Below, piece after piece: positions 32,342 to 40,595 of a stretch of 52,322 nt of DNA. Below the pieces are notes generated by a model. That model ran no database searches. It was not told the DNA's origin and saw nothing but the letters and a program-made list of their open reading frames with translations. Origin of the DNA: a virus (lineage: Duplodnaviria > Caudoviricetes); the IMG/VR virus record IMGVR_UViG_3300011113_000545, positions 1 to 52,322 of that record; one strand, 5' to 3'. Each line of letters begins with the position of its first letter. The stretch's first letter is position 1. Both the position numbers and the translations under genes were made by a program.

Positions 32342-33586
32342 ATGCCAAAATATTTTCCAATAAAAACAGATACGTCATGCAGATTAAAATGGGCATGGAG
32401 TACAATTTATTTAAACAGTGGAAAAACATCATCGTGTCATAGAGCAAGTCAAAGTTCTATAGATGTATCAAATTTTGAAAATTTTCATAATACAACTGAG
32501 AAGCTAAGTGCTCGGGCTGAAATGTTAGAAGGCAAGTGGCCAACTGGTACTTGTGAGTATTGTAAAAGTATAGAAGAATCTGGTGGAATAAGCGACAGGA
32601 TGTTTCAAAATCAAATACCGGAAATATATCCTAAGGTACTAGATAGCAATCCTAATAAACTTGATGTTCAGCCAGTTATTTTAGAAGTATTTTTTTCTAA
32701 TGCCTGCAATTTAAAATGTGTGTACTGTAATGGTTCGTTTAGTTCTGCCATACAAGCAGAAGATAATAAATTTGGCGGTAGTATAATTACACGTCTGAAT
32801 AACATCGATTCGGGTAATTATAAAGAACTTGTACCTCTATTTTGGAAATGGTTTAAAGAAAATAGCACATCGCTGCTACGTTTGCAAATCGCAGGCGGTG
32901 AGCCATTTCTTCAAAAAGACTTTTTTTTATTGATTGAATATTTTGAATCAAACCCTCATCCGAACTTAGAATTTAATATTATTACAAATTTAAATATAAA
33001 AAATAATATAGTTAAAGACACTGCAACGAGACTTGCAAAATTATCAGCTGATGGAAAAGTTAAACGAGTAGACATACAAGTCAGCGTTGACTGTTGGGGT
33101 AAGAGTCAAGAGTATGTTCGTTCTGGATTTAATCATTTTCAATTTGATGAAAATATGAAAACAATAGTTGAACTAAAATATCTAAGAATTGGATTATTGT
33201 CGACTATATGTTCATTGACTATACACGACATGGAACATCTGGCGACGAAATATAAAGAGTGGAGTAAAAATAAAGAAATTTTTTGGTACATGCATTTAGT
33301 ACTGCCCGAAGACAGTATTTTTAGTCCTGTAAATTTTGATCTAAGCGTGTTCGAGCATTCATTGAATAATGTATATAAAGCTATTCCAAAAGATTCATGG
33401 GACCAGCAGCAAACTCTAAATGTATTGTCTGGAATTATAGAAAAGATAAAACAAAAATCAAATTCTAATTTAAAACTTCAACAAAATCTGATTTCTTACT
33501 TAGAGCAGAATGATTTACGCCGTGGACTAAATTGGAGAGAATATTTCCCATGGTTAGATAAAATGGTTAAAAATAATGTGGTATAA
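32342..33586 (+). CDS. radical SAM protein (N-terminal twitch/SPASM-like Cys cluster)
   Basis: CNLKCVYC, GGEP, N-terminal C..W, CH, C..C..E. Confidence 0.88.
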   Translation: MPKYFPIKTDTSCRLKWAWSTIYLNSGKTSSCHRASQSSIDVSNFENFHNTTEKLSARAEMLEGKWPTGTCEYCKSIEESGGISDRMFQNQIPEIYPKVLDSNPNKLDVQPVILEVFFSNACNLKCVYCNGSFSSAIQAEDNKFGGSIITRLNNIDSGNYKELVPLFWKWFKENSTSLLRLQIAGGEPFLQKDFFLLIEYFESNPHPNLEFNIITNLNIKNNIVKDTATRLAKLSADGKVKRVDIQVSVDCWGKSQEYVRSGFNHFQFDENMKTIVELKYLRIGLLSTICSLTIHDMEHLATKYKEWSKNKEIFWYMHLVLPEDSIFSPVNFDLSVFEHSLNNVYKAIPKDSWDQQQTLNVLSGIIEKIKQKSNSNLKLQQNLISYLEQNDLRRGLNWREYFPWLDKMVKNNVV

Positions 33587-34028
33587 TCGAGTTGTTCAGG
33601 ATTTGGGTAACATACCTGCATTCATAATTCATTTTGAAAATGAACTAGCAGATGCCAAATTTGATTGTGCTATTAAAGGTCATTTAGAAAAAAATATTGC
33701 ATCACTGCCTGGTATAACCGAACTTCGATTTAATCAGTTACAGGAAATTGAAGCCATTCTTAATTATTTAAATATTCAATTACGTAAGATACGTAAAAAG
33801 CATTTTCAAAAATATTTAGAAAATTATCCCCGAGCATTAACTAGCAGAGACGCTGAAAAATATGTAGACGGCGAAGATGAAGTAATTGATTTTGAAACAA
33901 TCATCAATGAAGTCGCATTGGTTCGTAATAAATGGCTGGGCTTAATGAAAGGCTTGGAAAGTAAAAACTTTATGCTGGGTCATGTCAGTAGACTCAGAAC
34001 TGCAGGTATGGAAGATATTACCTTATAA
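33576..34028 (+). CDS. uvsY: recombination mediator UvsY-like
   Basis: Helical 150-aa protein with Y.....RD..KY.DGE.E motif, near uvsX. Confidence 0.7.
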   Translation: MWYNRVVQDLGNIPAFIIHFENELADAKFDCAIKGHLEKNIASLPGITELRFNQLQEIEAILNYLNIQLRKIRKKHFQKYLENYPRALTSRDAEKYVDGEDEVIDFETIINEVALVRNKWLGLMKGLESKNFMLGHVSRLRTAGMEDITL

Positions 34029-34036
34029 GTAATTGT

Positions 34037-34798
34037 ATGAAAATTGTACTAGTAACAGGCGGATTTGATCCAATTCACAGCGGCCATATTGCTTATTTTG
34101 AAGAAGCGAAAAAATTAGGAGACCTACTAATAGTAGGTGTTAACAGCGATGCATGGTTAGAACGTAAAAAGGGCCGAGCATTTATGCCATGGTCAGAACG
34201 TGCAGCTATAGTTGATAATCTTAAAATGGTAGATTTTGTCTACGAATTCTACGACGATGACGGATCCAGTATAGACGCGATTAAGAGAGTTAGAGAAACT
34301 TACCCCGATGCAAAAATTATTTTTGCCAATGGGGGCGACCGTACTAAAGATAATATTCCTGAAATGTCTTGCCAAGATAATAACATAGAATTTGTTTTTG
34401 GTATTGGGGGTGAGGATAAACGCAATTCATCTAGCTGGATATTAGAAGAATGGAAAGCGCCTAAGACCTCCCGCGCTTGGGGGTATTACAGGATTCTGCA
34501 CACCTGTGGCCCAGGGGTTAAACTTAAAGAACTTACAGTAGCACCCAAGACTTGCCTAAGTATGCAGCGACATGAAAAACGTGCAGAATTTTGGTTCGTG
34601 GCCGAAGGGCAAGCAGCAGTGTATACGTTGGATTCAAGCACAGATCATGATTTAAAATGTAGTTTGGTAGCACATCAAAGCACATTCATTGATACTAATG
34701 AATGGCATATGCTGTGCAACGAAACTAATCAACCACTAAAGCTCATTGAAATTCAATACGGTGAAAATTGTATTGAGGAAGATATAGAACGAAAATAA
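34037..34798 (+). CDS. cytidylyltransferase-like domain fused to mannose-6-phosphate isomerase-type cupin
   Basis: TGGFDPIHSGH (HxGH), GVNSD, ANGGDR, SSS; then R.WG.Y, LSMQRH..RAEFW, WH, IEIQYG..EEDIER. Confidence 0.85.
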   Translation: MKIVLVTGGFDPIHSGHIAYFEEAKKLGDLLIVGVNSDAWLERKKGRAFMPWSERAAIVDNLKMVDFVYEFYDDDGSSIDAIKRVRETYPDAKIIFANGGDRTKDNIPEMSCQDNNIEFVFGIGGEDKRNSSSWILEEWKAPKTSRAWGYYRILHTCGPGVKLKELTVAPKTCLSMQRHEKRAEFWFVAEGQAAVYTLDSSTDHDLKCSLVAHQSTFIDTNEWHMLCNETNQPLKLIEIQYGENCIEEDIERK

Positions 34799-34892
34799 AT
34801 TACCTTTTAGGTAGTCTTCCGTAATTTACCCAATCCCAATCTTCATCAGTCATCGAATAAGTTCAAAATCGAGTAGACATAAATACACTATT

Positions 34893-36116
34893 ATGACAAA
34901 CGATATTCGTAAATTTATTAATATAGTGGAAGAAGATCCGGAAAAACTACGTTCTGCGATCACCAAACGGGTTGAAAAAATACCCGATGAACAAGATTTA
35001 ACAGATATTTTAAAATTTACCAACAAGTACGGTATCAAAAAAGATGTAGAAAAATTTACAACATTGCGTAATTATAAAGGCATTGTTAGTAATGTTTTCT
35101 TAGAAGCATTGGCCAATGCAAATTTAACCGATGCTGAAATTAAAAAGTTTTTAAAAAAGCTGAGCACAGACGGAATATTAGACGAACAGAAATTATTAAC
35201 TCCACGTAAATTGCATAGTTATGCAGAATTGATAGACAGTGAATATAGAAAAACTTTTGATGCTATCAAAGTTGATATTTTTGAAAAAATTTCTGGAAAA
35301 ATAGGCGAAAAAGGCGATGTGGGCAAGGGCGAATATATGTTAGATATTATTAGTCCAGGAGTAAATCGTCGTGGAGCCCCAGGAGATTTAGATATTGATG
35401 GGACCAAAATTGAATTAAAAGCTGGCCAAAATGGAAGACTTGGTCCAGCCGGCAGTCAAGCATTAGTAGGACGTTTTTCCAGAGAATATGCACCTATAAT
35501 AAAACAGATTGACCCTGAAGCAGAGATTCCAACGGATAATAGCCAAATTGCAGAAATTTTTAATCCTAAATTAAACATGTCGGCATTCAGTGCTTTTTTT
35601 GGCAATGACAGCAAAAAAGTAAAACTAGCACTAAAAGCAATGTTGGAAATGCACTACCCTAGTGTAAATGTCAATTCAATGGTTAATAAAATCGTTGGCT
35701 CAAACGGTGTTATTAACGGCACAGAATTAAAAAAACAAATGCTTAATACTAGTTTTGACGTCTATAAAGCCGATAAAGATTTTGACGGTATTATAATTAT
35801 GGACAGTGCAGTCACTGGATTTTTATATGTGAACAGTGGTGATGATGTTGCCGCAATATCTGACCAACTCGGTGTGAGCTTTCCAAGTTGGACAGACACA
35901 CAGGGTAACTGTATGAAAGTTACATTAAGTGCAGGGGCACTTAAAGCCGCAGGGCAAGCAGCAGGCATTCTACCAACAGCCAAATCAAAACAATCAAAAG
36001 TCAAAGATCCGTCATCAGTGGCAGTTGCTACACACGGAGTGACCGGACTAAAACCAACTCGGTCAAAACCAGCACCGGAAGCACCTACAATATCTGCACC
36101 ACGTGCTCGCAGATAA
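34893..36116 (+). CDS. hypothetical protein with PD-(D/E)xK-like motif
   Basis: GKGE...GDL.IDG..IELK; MTNDIRKFINIVE N-terminus; TAAATA upstream. Confidence 0.55.
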   Translation: MTNDIRKFINIVEEDPEKLRSAITKRVEKIPDEQDLTDILKFTNKYGIKKDVEKFTTLRNYKGIVSNVFLEALANANLTDAEIKKFLKKLSTDGILDEQKLLTPRKLHSYAELIDSEYRKTFDAIKVDIFEKISGKIGEKGDVGKGEYMLDIISPGVNRRGAPGDLDIDGTKIELKAGQNGRLGPAGSQALVGRFSREYAPIIKQIDPEAEIPTDNSQIAEIFNPKLNMSAFSAFFGNDSKKVKLALKAMLEMHYPSVNVNSMVNKIVGSNGVINGTELKKQMLNTSFDVYKADKDFDGIIIMDSAVTGFLYVNSGDDVAAISDQLGVSFPSWTDTQGNCMKVTLSAGALKAAGQAAGILPTAKSKQSKVKDPSSVAVATHGVTGLKPTRSKPAPEAPTISAPRARR

Positions 36117-36119
36117 TGT

Positions 36120-36148
36120 TTGACATTAATTCCTGATTAGCATACAAT
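36120..36148 (+). promoter_or_regulatory. sigma70-type promoter
   Basis: TTGACA-17-TACAAT directly before the first tRNA. Confidence 0.75.
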
Positions 36149-36157
36149 AACTCTATA

Positions 36158-36235
<78 letters not shown>

Positions 36236-36249
36236 TATACTTTTAATAA

Positions 36250-36456
36250 ATGGAAAACCAGCCTATTTTCGTAATGCGAGAAGTTGCGCCCAGTAATATA
36301 GTCATGACTACCGGCTCTGATGAAATGCTTAAGATTACCAAAGACGGATTTTATGTTCGTGGGGTAAAGGTACCACAAGACGAGAGAGAAGCAGAAGCCG
36401 TGTATAATGCTTTTTTGCAGTGGATGAGCTATATGGCGTTGACAAGAAATTATTAA
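36250..36456 (+). CDS. hypothetical protein
   Basis: 68-aa ORF between tRNAs. Confidence 0.6.
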   Translation: MENQPIFVMREVAPSNIVMTTGSDEMLKITKDGFYVRGVKVPQDEREAEAVYNAFLQWMSYMALTRNY

Positions 36457-36467
36457 ATCAGTATAAT
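36439..36467 (+). promoter_or_regulatory. sigma70-type promoter
   Basis: TTGACA-17-TATAAT. Confidence 0.8.
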
Positions 36468-36476
36468 AGACAAATT

Positions 36477-36567
36477 GCCCGGATGGTGGAATAGGTAGAC
36501 ACAACAGACTTAAAATCTGTCGCTTTCCGAAAGGGGCGTGCCGGTTCGATTCCGGCTCCGGGCACCA
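36477..36567 (+). tRNA. tRNA-Leu(TAA)
   Basis: ACAGA-CTTAAAA-TCTGT, long variable arm, ACCA. Confidence 0.93.
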
Positions 36568-36611
36568 GTTTAAAACAAAAGTATAAATAATTTTAACTTT
36601 ATCAAAAGTAG

Positions 36612-36640
36612 TTGACAAAAAAGACTAAATAAATTACAAT
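36612..36640 (+). promoter_or_regulatory. sigma70-type promoter
   Basis: TTGACA-17-TACAAT. Confidence 0.78.
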
Positions 36641-36650
36641 AGAAACTGTT

Positions 36651-36791
36651 ATGAACACATTCACATCATTATCGCAGATACATTGCAGAGCCAAACAGGC
36701 AGGCTTTATGCCCACCTATTGGTCTGCGATTAGTCTAGATAATGATCGTACACCAGAGGTGACCGGGGTCCAGGGGGATCTTGTAGCGTAA
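36651..36791 (+). CDS. putative attenuator leader peptide (46 aa, all 20 amino acids)
   Basis: MNTFTSLSQIHCRAKQAGFMPTYWSAISLDNDRTPEVTGVQGDLVA; ATG 10 nt after the -10 box. Confidence 0.6.
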   Translation: MNTFTSLSQIHCRAKQAGFMPTYWSAISLDNDRTPEVTGVQGDLVA

Positions 36792-36851
36792 AAACAACAC
36801 TACAAAAAACTCTAAAGGACCCCAGGATTAAAAACCCTGGGGTTTTTGTTT
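36765..36851 (+). terminator. mutually exclusive antiterminator/terminator
   Basis: GGGGTCC(36765-71) pairs with GGACCCC(36817-23); terminator ACCCCAGG(36819-26)/CCTGGGGT(36836-43) followed by a T-run. Confidence 0.75.
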
Positions 36852-36864
36852 ATAAAAGGAGATT

Positions 36865-37026
36865 ATGAGGAAGATAGATTTAAAACGAAGAATGCGTGAG
36901 GTAAGGTTTACGACAGAGCACACTCTAACACCTGAACAGCGTAATAAGTTGATTCAGGATAAATTAGAACGTGCCAGGCTAGACTCTGAAACTCGCAAAC
37001 GAGTTGACAGTCAAACTTACGCATAA
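36865..37026 (+). CDS. small basic hypothetical protein (53 aa)
   Basis: SD AAGGAG; MRKIDLKRRMREVRFTTEHTLTPEQRNKLIQDKLERARLDSETRKRVDSQTYA. Confidence 0.6.
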   Translation: MRKIDLKRRMREVRFTTEHTLTPEQRNKLIQDKLERARLDSETRKRVDSQTYA

Positions 37027-37032
37027 TTTTAT

Positions 37033-37260
37033 ACAGTGTAAAAAGGTGGAAACGAGGTCCACGCTACACACTCTAAAAAGTAGCAAACGGGCGTACTGAA
37101 GCATAAAACCCACGGCGATAACGTGGGGAGTCAGAATCAGGGCAGGGTATCGACCCTGTCATATCCTGCGGCAACGCAGGGTATTCTATAACACACTATC
37201 CTTCGGATCCCAAGCACAAGGGCTTGGGCAAGGACTAACAATAGTGTGTTACAGAATACC
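37033..37260 (+). ncRNA. multi-hairpin structured RNA candidate
   Basis: Hairpins CCCACG/CGTGGG, GGCAGGGT/ACCCTGTC, CCTGCG-GCAA-CGCAGG and a long stem 37180-37260. Confidence 0.5.
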
Positions 37261-37329
37261 TTTGGATGAAAACAGCAGAGTCTCTTTTGACGAGCCTGCG
37301 CCAAACTAGATTTTGGCAACCATAAGGCA

Positions 37330-37358
37330 TTGACAAATATATATGTTGAATATATACT
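37330..37358 (+). promoter_or_regulatory. sigma70-type promoter
   Basis: TTGACA-17-TATACT. Confidence 0.75.
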
Positions 37359-37378
37359 TGCAAACGTTAGGAAAAAAT

Positions 37379-37558
37379 ATGAAAACAACTTCAACGTTCA
37401 AACTTAATAAAACTGTGAAAACAATGTTAGCAACAGGTCGGTTTCGGTCACAAGAAGATCGCAATGGATTTAAACGTGCAATGATTGATGCACAAGTCAG
37501 CGGCGAAATGCAATCTAAAAATTCACAGAAACGTTCTAAGAACAGTGAACAAGAGTAA
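37379..37558 (+). CDS. small basic hypothetical protein
   Basis: SD AGGA, ATG at 37379, 59 aa. Confidence 0.6.
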   Translation: MKTTSTFKLNKTVKTMLATGRFRSQEDRNGFKRAMIDAQVSGEMQSKNSQKRSKNSEQE

Positions 37559-37567
37559 ATAACATAT

Positions 37568-37642
37568 TCCTCAGTAGCTCAGCGGTAGAGCAATCGGCTG
37601 TTAACCGATCGGTCATTGGTTCGATCCCAGTCTGAGGAGCCA
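37568..37642 (+). tRNA. tRNA-Asn(GTT)
   Basis: ATCGG-CTGTTAA-CCGAT, GCCA. Confidence 0.93.
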
Positions 37643-37650
37643 GATTTAAT

Positions 37651-37727
37651 GCCCCGGTGACGGAATTGGTATACGTGCTTGCCTTAGAAGCAAGATTCTA
37701 GGAGTTCAAGTCTCCTCTGGGGCACCA
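37651..37727 (+). tRNA. tRNA-Leu(TAG), short variable arm
   Basis: CTTGC-CTTAGAA-GCAAG, ACCA. Confidence 0.88.
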
Positions 37728-37752
37728 AGTTATAGAGTAAATAGATGTATAT

Positions 37753-37826
37753 GCGGGGTTCGTATAGTGGTAATACCTTAGCCTTCCAAGCTAAAGCGAG
37801 GAGTTCGATTCTCCTACCCCGCTCCA
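37753..37826 (+). tRNA. tRNA-Gly(TCC)
   Basis: TTAGC-CTTCCAA-GCTAA, TCCA. Confidence 0.93.
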
Positions 37827-38115
37827 AACAACCCGGTTACACTTTTCCGTTAAGAAAGTGGGCGGGTGGTTCCTCGCCATAACGGCGAACTAGGTGCGTA
37901 GGATCTTACCTTGGTCTCCGCTATTCATGGAGCAGCCAAAAATATCCTAGGGGGAGAACACAACTTAAACCCAGAGCAAAAAATGTGTGGACAGAGTAAC
38001 AGCTCAGTTCAGGGCTTTTGTGGTGAAAGTGGCTGAACAATTTTATAAGTGTATAACACACCCTGCCGATAAGACAGGCTCTGTTTGTGAAAATGTTGTA
38101 TGCTTATAAAATTGA

Positions 38116-38191
38116 TGCGGAGTGTTAGAAGAGGTATCTGGCAAGGCTCATAACCTTGAGGTCGGTGGTTCGATTCCACCCTCCGCTACCA
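38116..38191 (+). tRNA. tRNA-Met(CAT), initiator-like
   Basis: CAAGG-CTCATAA-CCTTG; 1:72 mismatch. Confidence 0.85.
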
Positions 38192-38197
38192 CAATTT

Positions 38198-38271
38198 GGG
38201 TCGTTAGTTTAATGGTAGAACCTCGCTTTTACACGGCGATGACAGCAGTTCGATTCTGTTACGACCTACCA
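38198..38271 (+). tRNA. tRNA-Val(TAC)
   Basis: TCGCT-TTTACAC-GGCGA, ACCA. Confidence 0.9.
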
Positions 38272-38277
38272 GTTTTT

Positions 38278-38351
38278 CTCGGTATAGTGAAATGGTATCA
38301 CCCGACGTTTGGGACGTTGAAGCGCAAGTTCGATTCCTGCTACCGAGACCA
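38278..38351 (+). tRNA. tRNA-Pro(TGG)
   Basis: CGACG-TTTGGGA-CGTTG, ACCA. Confidence 0.9.
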
Positions 38352-38358
38352 ATTTTAT

Positions 38359-38433
38359 GGGCTGTTAGTGATAATGGGAGCACGAGGCCTTTGCACGGCT
38401 TAGGTGGGAGTTCGATTCTCCCACGGTCCACCA
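38359..38433 (+). tRNA. tRNA-Ala(TGC)
   Basis: AGGCC-TTTGCAC-GGCTT, G3:U70, ACCA. Confidence 0.92.
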
Positions 38434-38438
38434 AGTTT

Positions 38439-38503
38439 TAGGATAGTTACAGCAAACTTCAAGCTAAACTTTATGGTTGTCTAGCGACAAAAGCTATCCT
38501 GTT
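38439..38503 (+). ncRNA. CAGCAA-stem RNA, copy 1
   Basis: TAGGATAGT-TA-CAGCAA ... GCTATCCTGTT closing stem. Confidence 0.6.
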
Positions 38504-38510
38504 ATATTAT

Positions 38511-38588
38511 GTCCGCGTAGCTCAGTTGGATTAGAGCACTTGCCTACGAAGCAGGGGGTCAGAGGTTCGAATCCTTTCGCGGACGCCA
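38511..38588 (+). tRNA. tRNA-Arg(ACG)
   Basis: CTTGC-CTACGAA-GCAGG, GCCA. Confidence 0.93.
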
Positions 38589-38592
38589 AAAA

Positions 38593-39321
38593 CTAAAAAG
38601 TTTTTTGTTTGAAATCTTCAGAAAAAACACCGTCGACTCTTATTGAATAACATGCATGTTCTGCTGGATCTGATCCATGGTAGTTGCCTGTATTAAACCA
38701 TAAACAATGTCCTGGTAAATAGATTTTATCATTGTTTGACATATCTAATAAGAAAAACTTTTTTCTGTTATTAAAACTAAGCCAAATAAATTCATCAGAA
38801 TTGGCTTGATTGACGTCTGGAAAATCTTTATGAATTACAGTTGATGTACCTGTGTAATTTAAAAATATTGTTATCCTGCCATAGTCTTTAAAAATATTCT
38901 GATTATCTAACCAATTATAAAAAAAATTTAATTGACTGTCTTCGGGAATTTTTGTACAGTTTGATTCTAAATGTTTGTTAGTATAATTATTGGCGTATCT
39001 TGTTGTAATTGTAAAAGGTCCGCTGGAAATTTCTTCTTCAAATATTATGTAATTACCAAATAAATCTCGGTTACATAAATCAATTAATTCTGTTCTTAAT
39101 TTGTTATTTTCTATAGAATTAATATTTTGTTCAAAAGCGTTTTGATAGTACCATACTGTATTTTCGGGAGCCAGTAAGTTTCCTCTTACATATTTTGTGG
39201 GCTTGATTAAATGGTTATTTCTTGCAATAAATGTTGACACAAAAGGTTTAAGTTCAAATAAACTATTTAAATCAACATAATTATCGAAACTGACAAATGG
39301 TTTGTTGTTAACTAGAAACAT
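38593..39321 (-). CDS. hypothetical protein, possible 2OG/cupin oxygenase
   Basis: IHKD...YHG...SIRVDG pattern; TAAATA upstream. Confidence 0.55.
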   Translation of the reverse strand: MFLVNNKPFVSFDNYVDLNSLFELKPFVSTFIARNNHLIKPTKYVRGNLLAPENTVWYYQNAFEQNINSIENNKLRTELIDLCNRDLFGNYIIFEEEISSGPFTITTRYANNYTNKHLESNCTKIPEDSQLNFFYNWLDNQNIFKDYGRITIFLNYTGTSTVIHKDFPDVNQANSDEFIWLSFNNRKKFFLLDMSNNDKIYLPGHCLWFNTGNYHGSDPAEHACYSIRVDGVFSEDFKQKTF

Positions 39322-39401
39322 GAAAATATTTAGTAAGTTTTTTATCAGCGTTATAATAAGAAATCACTGGTCGATTCGACCAGTGATAATGATTTGAAAA
39401 T

Positions 39402-39479
39402 GCACCGATGGCGGAGCGGCCCAACGCAACTGTCTGCAAAACAGTAAAACCGCAGGTTCAAATCCTGCTCGGTGCTCCA
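39402..39479 (+). tRNA. tRNA-Cys(GCA)
   Basis: ACTGT-CTGCAAA-ACAGT, TCCA. Confidence 0.9.
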
Positions 39480-39523
39480 ACTTAAAACCGAAGTACTACA
39501 AGTCCTACTAAAATGCAGGGTCT

Positions 39524-39598
39524 TTGACAGTAATTCGGTTTTTTGCTATACTAGAGCTTAGACAGTTAGAAATAACTGACGAACAAGTTCTTTAAAAA
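39524..39598 (+). promoter_or_regulatory. sigma70 promoter followed by rrn-like boxB/boxA
   Basis: TTGACA-17-TATACT; hairpin CAGTTA-GAAA-TAACTG (39563-78); GTTCTTTAAAAA (39587-98). Confidence 0.7.
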
Positions 39599-39703
39599 TT
39601 TATGACATATATACCGCTGGGAAGCGGTCACTATATGTAAACGCACTGCCGAACAGTCAAATGGCCATCGCCGATGAGTGGTGCGTTTACATATAGTGAA
39701 TAC

Positions 39704-39787
39704 GCGACTGTGGCGTAATCGGTAGCCGCAGGAGACTTAAAATCTCCCGTCTTTGACGTGCCGGTTCGAGTCCGGCCAGTCGCACCA
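39704..39787 (+). tRNA. tRNA-Leu(TAA), second copy
   Basis: GGAGA-CTTAAAA-TCTCC, variable arm, ACCA. Confidence 0.92.
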
Positions 39788-39855
39788 AGTATTATTGCAC
39801 GATTCGTCTATCGGTTAGGACGCCCTTTTGTATAAATAAAACAGAGGGGTGTAAT

Positions 39856-40530
39856 ATGGCAATAGGCGGATATAGAGAAGGTTCAGGAAGATCAAAGAGT
39901 GGTTACTATAATGGAATTTATTGTGGTAGCACTTATGAACTTTGTTGGGTGATCTATAATATAGACCATCAAATAGAATTTACAAGATTTCCTGGAAAGT
40001 TAGAAAAAGACGGTATAACTTATTATCCTGATTTTCTACTATCTGATGGAAAGACGATAGTAGAAACAAAAGGATACGAGAAACAAGAATCTGTTGACAA
40101 TAAAACAAAGGTTGCTGAATCTTTTGGTTATTCTGTAAAAGTGTTGCGTAAAGAGGATTTACAATATGCTTTTGAATATGTTACTAAAAAATATGGAACA
40201 AAGAAATATTTTGAACTGTATGATGGATATAAACCAAAATATAAACATCTTTGTGAATGTTGTAAAATTGAGTTCGAAACAGATAGAAAGATAAAAGCCG
40301 AAACAAAATTTTGTAGCAGAGTTTGTGCCGGCAGATATCAAAAATCTAAGAACGTAATGACAGACGAGATGAAGAAGAAAATTTCTGATTCATTGCTTGG
40401 TAAAAAAGTTAAACCATATAAAAGAAAATATAAACAAGTTTGGATTACTGACGGTAAAGTAAACACTAGAATAAAAGATGGTGATAAAATTTCTGAAGGA
40501 TTCAAGCAAGGTAGAACAATGTCGCATTAG
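39856..40530 (+). CDS. putative free-standing homing endonuclease (PD-(D/E)xK + Zn finger + NUMOD-like)
   Basis: STYEL, YYPDF...VETKG, C..C...FCS..C, EMKKKISDSLLG, WITDG..N. Confidence 0.8.
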   Translation: MAIGGYREGSGRSKSGYYNGIYCGSTYELCWVIYNIDHQIEFTRFPGKLEKDGITYYPDFLLSDGKTIVETKGYEKQESVDNKTKVAESFGYSVKVLRKEDLQYAFEYVTKKYGTKKYFELYDGYKPKYKHLCECCKIEFETDRKIKAETKFCSRVCAGRYQKSKNVMTDEMKKKISDSLLGKKVKPYKRKYKQVWITDGKVNTRIKDGDKISEGFKQGRTMSH

Positions 40531-40595
40531 ATTATCGGTTAGATCAACAGCCTTTCACGCTGTAGAGACGGGTTCGATTCCCGTATGCGACTCCA
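40521..40595 (+). tRNA. tRNA-Glu(TTC), nested in the split tRNA
   Basis: ACAGC-CTTTCAC-GCTGT, GTCGCAT/ATGCGAC, TCCA; overlaps the ORF stop codon. Confidence 0.9.
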
